Assembly (NCBI GenBank): GCA_037129835.1
Contig: JBAXUE010000005.1
Coordinates: 13,975-77,974, forward strand
From: a bacterium
GTDB lineage: Bacteria; Patescibacteriota; CPR2; UBA1875; CAIMLA01
Length of the DNA stretch: 64,000 bases
Reading direction: 5' to 3'
Part shown: positions 17,836 through 27,257 of the stretch, one piece after another
Position numbering within the stretch: position 1 is the stretch's first letter
Layout: every line of letters starts with the position of its first letter
The notes under the pieces: generated by a model
The model's database searches: none
What the model was told of the DNA's origin: nothing
The model's input: the letters and a program-made list of their open reading frames with translations, nothing else
Program-made: the position numbers and the translations under genes

Positions 17836-20358
17836 ATGGCTACCAAAGAAGAAAAGGTAATTAAACCACCAAAGTCTATAGAGACAACCGACAAGATGCT
17901 CGTCTCTCCTGTCAAAAAGAAACTAATGATACCCAAAAACTTTTTAATACTGCTTCTAGTATGTGTCATCACAATACCAGGAGCATATCTACTTTATAGA
18001 TCATTTGCCTCGGTTGGGACACAAAGTACGACAGCTACTAATACGGTCGATAGTATCAATTACCCCAGAACGGTAGAATATTGGAAGGACTATACTGCAG
18101 CAGAAAGGGCCAAGGTAGACCTGCTTATTATGGAACCATATCAATATCCAACCGAAACAAATGCTGTTAGAGCGCTTAATCCAGCTACTAAGATAATGCT
18201 TTATGAAGACATTGTAGAGTTTGATTATAATGCCAATGTAGCACCAACAGAATATGTAAATGAGCGTCTAAACGAAGGTTCTACTGATTGGATATTGACT
18301 CAGGTGGGGACTACCTTATCGGCAAGTGTTGATGCCACAACGACCACTATCCCTGTGACCGAGACAACGAAACTTAACGGTACGACTACCGTAGCTTTGT
18401 TCAAAATTGGTGAGCTTGCATTAGTCGATCACGAATTAATGAAAATCACAGCAGTTGGCACTAATACAATAACAGTCCAAAGAGGAGTTGTTAAAAAGGC
18501 GGCTGTACATGCAGCTGGTGTTCGAACAGCGGCCTGTGTAACTTTTTGGCCAGGCAGTGTAGTAACCGATATGACCAAAGCTAGTTTAGCTGTAGATCTC
18601 GGTACCGGCTTCGGACCAGAAACATATTACCAGTGGCGGGCAAGAGTGACGGGGACTAGAGCGGTTACAGAAAAATGGGACGGTGTTTATATGGATAGGG
18701 CAGATGGCAATGAGTCGTGGGTAATATCAACTGGTTATGCTAGAAGCTTTGATCAGGCTCGTACCAATACTTTTGTATCAGACAAATATGCTGCTTTTAA
18801 CACCTCTTGGAATGATGGTGAGATGCTTTATTATAAAGCCCTTAGAGCCAAGGTTGGAGTAGATATGCCGATTTTTGGTAACAGGGCTATCACAGGCTCC
18901 GCGGATATAAACGGTAGTTTAATGGAGGGATTTCCAGATAGTCAGATAAGTTCAAAGTCATGGCATGATATGATTGTTGGTCCCAACCTAGTCGCGGGTA
19001 GAGATGTTACTGGGACTTCTGTAATAGCTCCATATTTTAATTGGGTGAAAAATTCAAGAGATCCAAAATTGAATATAATCAATACTTACGAATATGAAGA
19101 CGGTACCAGCACTACAAATCCTTTTATTGATCCTAATTTTAAACGAAATTATCAGAAAATGAGATTTGGGCTGACAACTACCCTTTTGGGAAATGGCTAC
19201 TATGGTCACTTCTCGGGGATAACGGCTAAAAGCAACGGCTTTGCTTGGTTTGATGAATATGACAATGCTGGAGCGGGCAAAGGGTATCTTGGCCAGCCGA
19301 TTGGCGATGCTTATCAAGTTATCCCATCTCTTACGACTCCAGATCTAGTTAACGGAACTGGCACTTTTAATACACAAGCGCAACTTGATAGTTGGGAGCT
19401 GTATAACCGAGCTGGCTATGCATCGACAAAAACCCTCGATTCCGGCGCGGCTAAAATAAATATTACCGCAGCGGCTGGAAGCTTTAACGGAGTAGGTTTT
19501 TCATACCAGCCTTTTCCCATTACTGTTGGAGTAGAATATACTTTAACGTTTAGAGCAAAGGCTGATAAAGTTGTTAATATATATGCTTCTGCAGAGAAGA
19601 ATAATCCCTGGGGCTTCTTAGCAGAGTATGATGATCTTGGTCTTACTACAGATTGGCAGACTTTCAATATCCCTGTTAAGGCAATTGATTCAAGCACCAC
19701 TGGGACTATGAATTTTCTGCTTGGTGGAACCACTGGCACTATCTGGCTCGACGACGTCAAGCTTCAGGAAGGAAACCGTGAAGTCTACCGTCGTGACTTT
19801 ACTAACGGCATCTCTCTAGTAAATCCCACCGAATCTGCCGTCACTATACCTCTCGGTGGTAATTTCCGTAAAATCAAAGGGACTCAAGTTCCATCTATTA
19901 ATGACGGTTCTATAGTATCGTCAGTTACTCTTCAACCAAAAGATGGGATAATCCTTCTGCGAGAATCTGTCCCTATATCTTCACCAACCGTTGCTCCCAC
20001 GGCTACTCCGACCCCTACTCCTACACCAACCCCTACTATTACTCCTATTCCTACGCCCACTAAAGTTCTAACACCCACCCCTACAATTACCCCAATGGCC
20101 GTTTCCATCTCAAGTCCCTTGAGCGGAGGAAAAGTAAGTACTACATCTCAGATTATTAAAGCAACCGTAACAGGGCCTTATGCTGTCAAATCAGTAGTGT
20201 TCTATATAGACGGAGTAGTTAAGTCAACTGTAACTAAGTCCCCATATTCTTATACTTGGAAAACAACATCCGTTACTAGGGGAACCCATATTATCAAGGT
20301 CCAAGCTACTGATTCATTAGGCCGAACAGCCTACAAGCAGATAATAGTAACGAAGTAG
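17836..20358 (+). CDS. Secreted putative glycoside hydrolase + CBM4/9-like domain + Pro/Thr linker + Ig-like domain
   Basis: WDGVYMD, MRFGLTTTLLGNGYY, WFDEYD...YLGQP, YTLTFRAKA...LTTDWQTF...IWLDDV, VYRRDFTNG. Confidence 0.75.
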   Translation: MATKEEKVIKPPKSIETTDKMLVSPVKKKLMIPKNFLILLLVCVITIPGAYLLYRSFASVGTQSTTATNTVDSINYPRTVEYWKDYTAAERAKVDLLIMEPYQYPTETNAVRALNPATKIMLYEDIVEFDYNANVAPTEYVNERLNEGSTDWILTQVGTTLSASVDATTTTIPVTETTKLNGTTTVALFKIGELALVDHELMKITAVGTNTITVQRGVVKKAAVHAAGVRTAACVTFWPGSVVTDMTKASLAVDLGTGFGPETYYQWRARVTGTRAVTEKWDGVYMDRADGNESWVISTGYARSFDQARTNTFVSDKYAAFNTSWNDGEMLYYKALRAKVGVDMPIFGNRAITGSADINGSLMEGFPDSQISSKSWHDMIVGPNLVAGRDVTGTSVIAPYFNWVKNSRDPKLNIINTYEYEDGTSTTNPFIDPNFKRNYQKMRFGLTTTLLGNGYYGHFSGITAKSNGFAWFDEYDNAGAGKGYLGQPIGDAYQVIPSLTTPDLVNGTGTFNTQAQLDSWELYNRAGYASTKTLDSGAAKINITAAAGSFNGVGFSYQPFPITVGVEYTLTFRAKADKVVNIYASAEKNNPWGFLAEYDDLGLTTDWQTFNIPVKAIDSSTTGTMNFLLGGTTGTIWLDDVKLQEGNREVYRRDFTNGISLVNPTESAVTIPLGGNFRKIKGTQVPSINDGSIVSSVTLQPKDGIILLRESVPISSPTVAPTATPTPTPTPTPTITPIPTPTKVLTPTPTITPMAVSISSPLSGGKVSTTSQIIKATVTGPYAVKSVVFYIDGVVKSTVTKSPYSYTWKTTSVTRGTHIIKVQATDSLGRTAYKQIIVTK
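19979..20351 (+). repeat. 373-bp exact direct repeat, copy 2
   Basis: Identical to 17309-17681. Confidence 0.92.
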
Positions 20359-20481
20359 TCAATTTTAGCTTAATAAACCTTTATAACAATCTTATTTCTG
20401 TTGCCAAAAAGACGATTTTGTACTATAATGCCATGGCAAAACAGGAAAACAACATATTGTATGAGAGGGGGTTGATCCTGA

Positions 20482-20766
20482 GTGGTACCTATATATCTAG
20501 ACACGGGCGTTGTGTCGGCCGGAAGAATTGCTGTTGTCACCGCGCTTCCTATTTGCGAAGACGGTAACTTCAGTGCCATTACTACGAGTAGGAGAGTGGA
20601 GCTGCTCAGTATTTGCGATCGAGTAGCCCTGGTAAACCTAAGTGGTGAATTGTGTGTTGCAAGTACGGAACCAGGGTTTGAATACTTGCTGATGCTTGAT
20701 GCGAGGATAGTCATCCTGGGGGACCAACAGTGGGCCTTCATTGATAATATCCCTACGGCGAATTGA
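20482..20766 (+). CDS. Hypothetical protein (GC-richer cassette)
   Basis: TTGCCA-17-TATAAT promoter, SD GAGGGGG, GTG start. Confidence 0.6.
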   Translation: MVPIYLDTGVVSAGRIAVVTALPICEDGNFSAITTSRRVELLSICDRVALVNLSGELCVASTEPGFEYLLMLDARIVILGDQQWAFIDNIPTAN

Positions 20767-20782
20767 AGGGAAGGTACATACG

Positions 20783-21226
20783 ATGAGTGATAGACCAGTA
20801 ATGCACTATCCTAGCCAAGAAGAGTTAGATCATCTCGAGGAATTGACTGTTGAGATCTCTGCACAGGCAGCGATACTCTACGGTCAGCTTCGCCGGCATG
20901 GTACGAACGTCGAGTTCGGGCTAGACGACTTCAGCGGTTGCAATACCACAACACGGCTTTTTGATGCTATCGACAAGATACGTACCAAGGGCCCGATCAA
21001 CGAAGTACTTGCATTCACCAACTGGATTGGTGAAGTGAAGCCTCATGCTCATGGCATATCTAACCAGTTTGACCAGGAGATCGAGCGATTTAGCGGGCAG
21101 CTTCTGACGCTACTCGAGGGAGATCTAGTATCGTCCGAGGATGCGCCATTCTTTTGGCGGACACTGTTGGTTCTAGTTAGCGCCGGCGTCGAGTCGGACA
21201 TCGTATCCAACATGCACTACTTGTAG
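20783..21226 (+). CDS. Hypothetical protein (GC-richer cassette)
   Basis: ATG 20783 after GGGAAGGT; terminator-like hairpin at ~21258-21293. Confidence 0.65.
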   Translation: MSDRPVMHYPSQEELDHLEELTVEISAQAAILYGQLRRHGTNVEFGLDDFSGCNTTTRLFDAIDKIRTKGPINEVLAFTNWIGEVKPHAHGISNQFDQEIERFSGQLLTLLEGDLVSSEDAPFFWRTLLVLVSAGVESDIVSNMHYL

Positions 21227-21347
21227 TGCTATAGACCCAGCTGGGTCGGCAATAAGCGAAGGCTTGTCCGATTCGGGTGGGCCTTTTGCTTTTAATAAAT
21301 GTAAAATAAATGTACAATCAAAACATACTATATGTGAGGTAATATTC

Positions 21348-21578
21348 ATGGCACGGGAAAATTCAGATTTTGACCACGAAGACTTCAAAGAAAATGAACA
21401 TCAAAGTAGGCTACGACTTGATAAGTTGAAACGTACCTGGGGAATTAGTAACGCCGAGGAGCGCAAGGGAATGATTTTATCTGCAAAAAGTTATTTATCT
21501 AAGTATAAAACTTCCAGAGACCCAAATGAGCAAAGCAAAATTGATGCCTATAATGATTTTTTGAATTTATATAAATAA
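21348..21578 (+). CDS. Hypothetical protein
   Basis: SD GAGGT then ATG 21348. Confidence 0.65.
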   Translation: MARENSDFDHEDFKENEHQSRLRLDKLKRTWGISNAEERKGMILSAKSYLSKYKTSRDPNEQSKIDAYNDFLNLYK

Positions 21579-21714
21579 GATAAAGTGAGGTATATTTATT
21601 TTTAATAATCAATGGTTAATCTATAAGTTATCGCAGTTTTCGCTAACAAAGAGAGATTATAAGCAGGCGTTTATATTTTCTATATGCATATCTGCTATAT
21701 ATTTTTTTTATACA

Positions 21715-22263
21715 ATGTTTTTGTACAAGATGATGCCAATATTATATGAAAATATCGTTTTGGCAAATGATTACTTTTCGGCCTCGTTATTTAAGAATGT
21801 TAATTTTGGCTACTTCCCGATTGTTATAGCTTGGGTTATGGTGATTTTAGTCATATTTTTCACATATTTATTTATAGCTGATTTTTTTAAGGAATTAAAA
21901 AAAATATCAATTCTTGAGACAGAGACTATCGTACATGGCAGGCCGCTGTCAAAAAATATTGCCTTAAGAAAAATGTATTTAAAGTTTTCTATACTCTTTG
22001 GAATCATTTGTACTTATTATCTAAGTGTTTATCTAGTATTCCCATCGGTAATCAATGTTATAGTATTTACCAGAACGTTTATTTTGGATTTTACCTGGTA
22101 TATACAATTGGTTATATTATTCATCATTAGTGCTTTATTGTGGTTTGTGTATTTCCTGATACTATATTATATAAAGAATATGGTTGCCTATGAGAAACAC
22201 GTTCTTTATCTGGACATCAACCATGACGCGACGCTTCCTGCGGAAGAGACTTTTGAAGATTAA
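21715..22263 (+). CDS. Multi-pass membrane hypothetical protein (frame open upstream to ~21589)
   Basis: Several hydrophobic segments. Confidence 0.65.
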   Translation: MFLYKMMPILYENIVLANDYFSASLFKNVNFGYFPIVIAWVMVILVIFFTYLFIADFFKELKKISILETETIVHGRPLSKNIALRKMYLKFSILFGIICTYYLSVYLVFPSVINVIVFTRTFILDFTWYIQLVILFIISALLWFVYFLILYYIKNMVAYEKHVLYLDINHDATLPAEETFED

Positions 22264-22301
22264 CGAAATAGGTTTAGAAATTGAATTAATCAGGAGCGAT
22301 T

Positions 22302-22691
22302 GTGAGAGAAACGTTAAATAATTTAACATTAAATGAAGCGGAAATAATTAAATTGTGGTCATCGGCGATCGGCAATGGCAAAAGTTCAGAAAATTGGAGT
22401 AACAAGAGTTATTTATCAGAAACTTTGCGTGGGCAGAATGGCGTCAGCGCTAAGATAGAGCTACATCCGGATACTCTGAACGGCCGACATCGCTTAGTCA
22501 TACAGGAATTTTCCGCTATCGAAGGTGACGAAAACTATTTGGATTGCTTACAGTTAGTTGCCCATACTTTGAGCGAATTAAACAAAAATGGTTTGCAGTT
22601 TATTGTACAAGCCCCAGAGGGTTACTCGGACGGTAAACAAATAAAGGCAGATATAGAAGCTTTGTTAACTCCCAGAAAGGAAAATAGATGA
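22302..22691 (+). CDS. Hypothetical protein
   Basis: SD AGGAG, operon context. Confidence 0.7.
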   Translation: MRETLNNLTLNEAEIIKLWSSAIGNGKSSENWSNKSYLSETLRGQNGVSAKIELHPDTLNGRHRLVIQEFSAIEGDENYLDCLQLVAHTLSELNKNGLQFIVQAPEGYSDGKQIKADIEALLTPRKENR

Positions 22692-23068
22692 ACGAAATTA
22701 TGAATCCAGAGCAACGAAGGATGGCTGATATAGAGCAAATGACTAGTGGTATCGTACTTTTGGATCGAGATTTAAAGCAGTTATATGATTTGCATGAGGC
22801 AGAAGATATAGAATTCGCAAGAGACGAAATTCAAGAACAAATTGATGAGTTAAAGGGAAAATTGTTTGAGAAGAGAAACTCTAAAGAAAACACAAAAGCT
22901 CTTAGGGGCTACATTGCCGATCATGCCGAAGAATACCAAGAGCTTATAGAGATGGGGTTGCCAGTCGATGAATACAGTATAGCTTATGACGCTTTTCAGA
23001 CAGAAAAAATCTCTGAGGAGTATCTAGAGATTTTGAGACGAGAAATAACTGAGCTTGTTGAGGAATAA
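22688..23068 (+). CDS. Acidic helical hypothetical protein
   Basis: ATGA overlap with the upstream gene. Confidence 0.7.
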   Translation: MNEIMNPEQRRMADIEQMTSGIVLLDRDLKQLYDLHEAEDIEFARDEIQEQIDELKGKLFEKRNSKENTKALRGYIADHAEEYQELIEMGLPVDEYSIAYDAFQTEKISEEYLEILRREITELVEE

Positions 23069-23071
23069 AGT

Positions 23072-23329
23072 ATGGATATTGAAAAAGAAATTATAGAAAT
23101 TAAGGCAAGGAATAAGCGAGTCGATGGGGACAAGGCTTGGGAAAGAAGTAAATTTCGCATTATTATTGTCTCACTACTTACCTATATCGTCGTCGTTATA
23201 GTATTTAATCTCATTGGTGTAGAGAGTTATCTTTTGTCAGCCCTTATACCAACAATCGGATATATATTGTCTACGTTCACTATACCTGTAGTAAAAAAAT
23301 GGTGGTTGAAAAATAGATATGACAAATAA
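23072..23329 (+). CDS. Conserved small 2-TM protein
   Basis: RNKRVDGDKAWERS...TM...LSTFTIP..KKWW. Confidence 0.75.
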   Translation: MDIEKEIIEIKARNKRVDGDKAWERSKFRIIIVSLLTYIVVVIVFNLIGVESYLLSALIPTIGYILSTFTIPVVKKWWLKNRYDK

Positions 23330-23930
23330 GACGATAATTTTACTTTCATATTATGGCCCCGCTATGTCTTGGTTACTTGGTTACCTTTCGAAACGAAACG
23401 TTAAAAAAATCGCATATATTTTGAATGCAAAAAAACCTGTTTTAAAAAAAGATTATGATGAGATTCTAAAAGAAATAAAAATATTTGAAAAACATGGCCT
23501 CAATGTTGATGTTATTGACTTAGAAAAGACAGATGATTTAGAAGACAGATTGATGTTGAGTGGTGCTATATATGTAAAGGGCGGAAACACTTTTAAGTTG
23601 CTAAAGGCGATGAAGGAAACTGGCTTTGATAAAGTGATAACTAATATTATAGCCAAAGACGTTATTTATATTGGTGAAAGCGCCGGGAGCTATGTGGCAT
23701 GTCCAACTATAGAGATGGCTCATTGGAAACACCAAGATGCAAATAAAATCGGTCTTGAGGATTTAACAGCCTTAAGTTTAGTCCCATACCTACTGACAGT
23801 TCATTATAAAGATGAATTTAAAACAATAATCAATAATGAAATCAGCAAATCAAAGTATGAGGTTCGGATATTAAGAGATAATCAGTTGATATTAATAGAA
23901 AATGACAAACAGAGTATAATAGAAGTATAA
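23319..23930 (+). CDS. Peptidase E (S51) / class I GATase-like protein
   Basis: IYVKGGNTF.LL, YIGESAG, L.LVP....VH. Confidence 0.88.
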   Translation: MTNKTIILLSYYGPAMSWLLGYLSKRNVKKIAYILNAKKPVLKKDYDEILKEIKIFEKHGLNVDVIDLEKTDDLEDRLMLSGAIYVKGGNTFKLLKAMKETGFDKVITNIIAKDVIYIGESAGSYVACPTIEMAHWKHQDANKIGLEDLTALSLVPYLLTVHYKDEFKTIINNEISKSKYEVRILRDNQLILIENDKQSIIEV

Positions 23931-23943
23931 AAAGGAGAATATA

Positions 23944-24468
23944 ATGGAAACTAAAGAAAGTTATTTAAAGGATCTAATGGGTCATGTAATGCAAATCATC
24001 TACATGATATTTTTAGGTGTTATCATCGCCCTCTTCTTTGGCTTAGGCATTGATACTTTTTATCCAGGGCCTAAAGAACCACTATATCCAACTATTTTGC
24101 AGGAAAAACAATATCAGTCATCCCCGACCATTCAAACTGTTGAAGAAAAAGTTGTTGAAAAAAAATTTAATCAAGAGATGGACCAATATAATAAAGACTT
24201 AAAGCCATATAGCCGGAACGTATCTATTATTGCAATTGTTCTTTCTATTGTTGCACTGATTCTTAGCCTCACAGTTCTTATCCGTTGGGAAGTGATAGCA
24301 AACGGAGTGATGCTTGGTGGTGTATTTACTTTGGGATATAGTATTATTATGGGAGCGCAGGCCGATGATCCAAAATTTAGATTTGCGATTATCACGGTTG
24401 GCGTCGTAATAGCGTTTGCTCTTGGATATTACAAGTTTATTTTACCAAACAGAGAACTTAAAAGATGA
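23944..24468 (+). CDS. Conserved membrane protein
   Basis: Four hydrophobic helices, GIDTFYPGP, GVMLGGVF. Confidence 0.75.
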   Translation: METKESYLKDLMGHVMQIIYMIFLGVIIALFFGLGIDTFYPGPKEPLYPTILQEKQYQSSPTIQTVEEKVVEKKFNQEMDQYNKDLKPYSRNVSIIAIVLSIVALILSLTVLIRWEVIANGVMLGGVFTLGYSIIMGAQADDPKFRFAIITVGVVIAFALGYYKFILPNRELKR

Positions 24469-24830
24469 TTGAAGGTAGCCTAAACATATTGCAAAATAAC
24501 CCAGAAGCTCAAAAAGTGGATAAAATGCTCAATGAGCTTGAGGCTGATATTCCTTATCGTGAAAAAGCCGAAAGAATATTAAACCGTACGGTAGAGGCAT
24601 ATTTATTGGCAGATGACGCTGGAAAAAGAATAATTTATGATAATGCGGTAGAAAAATCACGAACTGGTGAAGATCAAGTAGCTCAGCTAGCAGCAGCTAG
24701 GAATTTTTTAGTAAAAATAGAAAGTGGTGAGTTGGAACGTCCAACAGCGATAGATGCTATAAATATAGTCGAAGAAATCGGAGATAATATCCAGAGGGCT
24801 CCAAATCAAAATAATCCAGAGAATAACTAA
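24465..24830 (+). CDS. Hypothetical protein
   Basis: ATGA overlap, operon context. Confidence 0.65.
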   Translation: MIEGSLNILQNNPEAQKVDKMLNELEADIPYREKAERILNRTVEAYLLADDAGKRIIYDNAVEKSRTGEDQVAQLAAARNFLVKIESGELERPTAIDAINIVEEIGDNIQRAPNQNNPENN

Positions 24831-24844
24831 TAAGGGACATAAAG

Positions 24845-25090
24845 ATGGCAGAGAAAAAAACAGAAGAATTTGTGGTTGATGGTGAGCAAGTACTTGCCAA
24901 GGTAAAAGAAATTATTGCTGCTGGAAATGCTCGTCGAATAATTATTAAAAGTATGGAAGACAAAACTCTACTAGAGGTGCCCGTAACTATTGGAGTAGTG
25001 GTGGCGGTTATTGCTCCGGTTCTGGCCGCTATCGGAGCGCTCGCAGCTATAGTGACGAAGTGTAAGATTGTAGTCGAGAAGACGGTATAG
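24845..25090 (+). CDS. DUF4342 domain protein
   Basis: KVKEII..GN.RRIIIK...LEVPVT.G...AP.LAA.GALAA...C. Confidence 0.85.
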   Translation: MAEKKTEEFVVDGEQVLAKVKEIIAAGNARRIIIKSMEDKTLLEVPVTIGVVVAVIAPVLAAIGALAAIVTKCKIVVEKTV

Positions 25091-25605
25091 TGAAAAAAGC
25101 AATTATTATTCACGCATGGGGGAGTGCATCTGGCGAGCACTGGTACCAAAAAGAGAAAAATATTCTAGAGCAAATGGGCTACCAAGTCTATGTTCCCAAT
25201 ATGCCCAAAACAAACAATCCTGTTCTATCAGAGTGGCTTCAAGTTATAGATAATTATAGACCAGATAAAGATACAATTATTATGGGTCATTCTTTGGGTG
25301 TTCCAACTATTTTGCGATTTTTAGAAAATAGTGATACGAAAATTGATAAAGCTATATTGGTAGCAGGTTTTACAAAAGACCTTGGTTTTGATGAAACAAG
25401 AAATTTTGTAGAAGAGCCTTTTTCGTGGGATAAAATAAAAACAAAATCAAGAAAATTTGTTGTTTTGAATCAAAAAAATGATCCGTGGGTACCGTATGAA
25501 GCAGGTCAGGAATTGGCGAATAATCTAGGGGTGGTTATAATTGGCGTAGACGGTAATAATCATTTTGATACAATGGATATAGATTTAATAAATAAGGAGC
25601 TATAA
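25090..25605 (+). CDS. RBBP9/YdeN-family alpha/beta hydrolase
   Basis: IIIHAW, GHSLG, NDPWVP, HF. Confidence 0.9.
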   Translation: MKKAIIIHAWGSASGEHWYQKEKNILEQMGYQVYVPNMPKTNNPVLSEWLQVIDNYRPDKDTIIMGHSLGVPTILRFLENSDTKIDKAILVAGFTKDLGFDETRNFVEEPFSWDKIKTKSRKFVVLNQKNDPWVPYEAGQELANNLGVVIIGVDGNNHFDTMDIDLINKEL

Positions 25606-26556
25606 TTGTCAGAAAAACTCGAATACCCAATTGCCCCTAGCAAAATAGAACGGTCTGAAGCAATGACCCCCACTGATATTAGAATAAAATCAGGGAATAC
25701 AGAAGCAGTTATTTCGCCTGAAATGGGTGGGTTGGTTTCGGTTTTCTCAATTGATGGAGAAAATATTCTTTATGAAAATAGTGAAGCATATAACGACCCA
25801 AATCAAAGAAAAATAAAGGCGGGCATACCGGTTCTATTTCCTTATGCAGGTCCGCGTAAGGGCGGTATTCAGCACGGTGGTGCGCGAGAAGTCCCAGTTT
25901 GGACATGGGAAACTTCTACAGAAAATTCCGTGACCCTATCACTTGATTCTGATCATATAAAAGATATTAAACTACCCTCTATGGTTAAGGGTGAAAAAGT
26001 TGGTGAATTTGATGGCACAATCACTGTTAAAAAGATTATAGACGGTGAAGAAAAAACCGAAACTCAAGACATAGTAGGAAAGCTTGAGGAACTATATGGC
26101 CTGGGCTATCGATTTGATTTTGAGATGAAAATTACAGTTTCTGAGGGTTCGCTGCGTTACGATTTTAAAATAAAAAATCTGAGTGGCAAAGATATGCCTT
26201 TTGCTCCTGGCTTGCATCCATATTTCAAGGTAGATCATACAAAACGAAGTGAGATTAAGACAAATCTTGAAAATTTTGATCTAGCAAGCAGCCTAAATGA
26301 TAATACACAAGTGGCCGAAAGACCAAATGATGGTCGGGTATTTGTTACACTGCCAGACGAGACAAAAATCGAAATCGACTCAAGCCCTGAATTTAAAAAG
26401 TTTGTTGGCTATGCAGAAACAGACGAAAGTGATTATATCTGTATCGAACCATTTGTAGCTCGACCTAGTAGTCCAGAAAAAGATGAAATAATGATAAAAT
26501 ATGAAGAAACAAAAGAATTATTTGTTGAATTTAGAGTTAGTAAAGAAAATAAATAA
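25606..26556 (+). CDS. Aldose 1-epimerase (galactose mutarotase-like) family protein
   Basis: GIPVLFP, QHGGAR..W, GLHPYF, ICIEP. Confidence 0.85.
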   Translation: MSEKLEYPIAPSKIERSEAMTPTDIRIKSGNTEAVISPEMGGLVSVFSIDGENILYENSEAYNDPNQRKIKAGIPVLFPYAGPRKGGIQHGGAREVPVWTWETSTENSVTLSLDSDHIKDIKLPSMVKGEKVGEFDGTITVKKIIDGEEKTETQDIVGKLEELYGLGYRFDFEMKITVSEGSLRYDFKIKNLSGKDMPFAPGLHPYFKVDHTKRSEIKTNLENFDLASSLNDNTQVAERPNDGRVFVTLPDETKIEIDSSPEFKKFVGYAETDESDYICIEPFVARPSSPEKDEIMIKYEETKELFVEFRVSKENK

Positions 26557-26564
26557 GGATATTA

Positions 26565-27257
26565 TTGGAAGATCATATACACATTTTAAAAAGAAAAATC
26601 GAATATAAGCAGATTTTTCAAGTAATACTCGGAATAATAATATACACAATATTAATCGTGGCATTTTATTTTGGTTGGCACGAAGGAATAATTCAAGAGT
26701 TTATTCACGAAGCTGGCTTTATCGCACCATTATTATATATTACAGTCGCATCGGGCAAGGCTATTTTTCCAATCATTCCAGGAGAAGTTTTGATAATAAC
26801 AGGTGTAGTTCTTTTTGGTCCTATTTGGGGTCTTTCGTATGCTCTTTTAGGTCTTACATTGGGTTCCACAGCTGCTTTTTTTCTAGCTAGAAGCTTGGGA
26901 AGAAGATGGGTGAAGTGGTTGCTTGGAGAAAAAAATTATCATAGGATTAATGATCTTTCCGGGGATAAAACAATATTTACTTTCTTTCTAGTTTATTTGA
27001 CCCCGGGGACTCCAGATGATTTCGTTACATATATAGCAGGCTTGACTAGTATCAAGTACTGGCAGTTTATCGCGATATGTATCATCGGTAGATTACCATC
27101 ATATATTATCGCCGTCATTGGCGGGGTGAGTTTAAAGACATTAGATTATCGGCTGATGTTTTTCTGGTGGGGAGTAATGTTTGTCCTAGTGGGATGTCTT
27201 TATTTATATAAAAAATACTTTCTTGATAAAAAACTAAAGGACATTTCTAAAAAATGA
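26565..27257 (+). CDS. TVP38/TMEM64 (VTT/DedA-like) membrane protein
   Basis: IPGE...G..FG...G, AFFLAR.LGR, PGTPDD...Y.AGL, GRLP. Confidence 0.88.
   Translation: MEDHIHILKRKIEYKQIFQVILGIIIYTILIVAFYFGWHEGIIQEFIHEAGFIAPLLYITVASGKAIFPIIPGEVLIITGVVLFGPIWGLSYALLGLTLGSTAAFFLARSLGRRWVKWLLGEKNYHRINDLSGDKTIFTFFLVYLTPGTPDDFVTYIAGLTSIKYWQFIAICIIGRLPSYIIAVIGGVSLKTLDYRLMFFWWGVMFVLVGCLYLYKKYFLDKKLKDISKK

Noticed and set aside
17309-20351. Diversity-generating retroelement TR/VR pair
   Set aside because: The copies are identical with no adenine-specific differences, and no reverse transcriptase is in the window.
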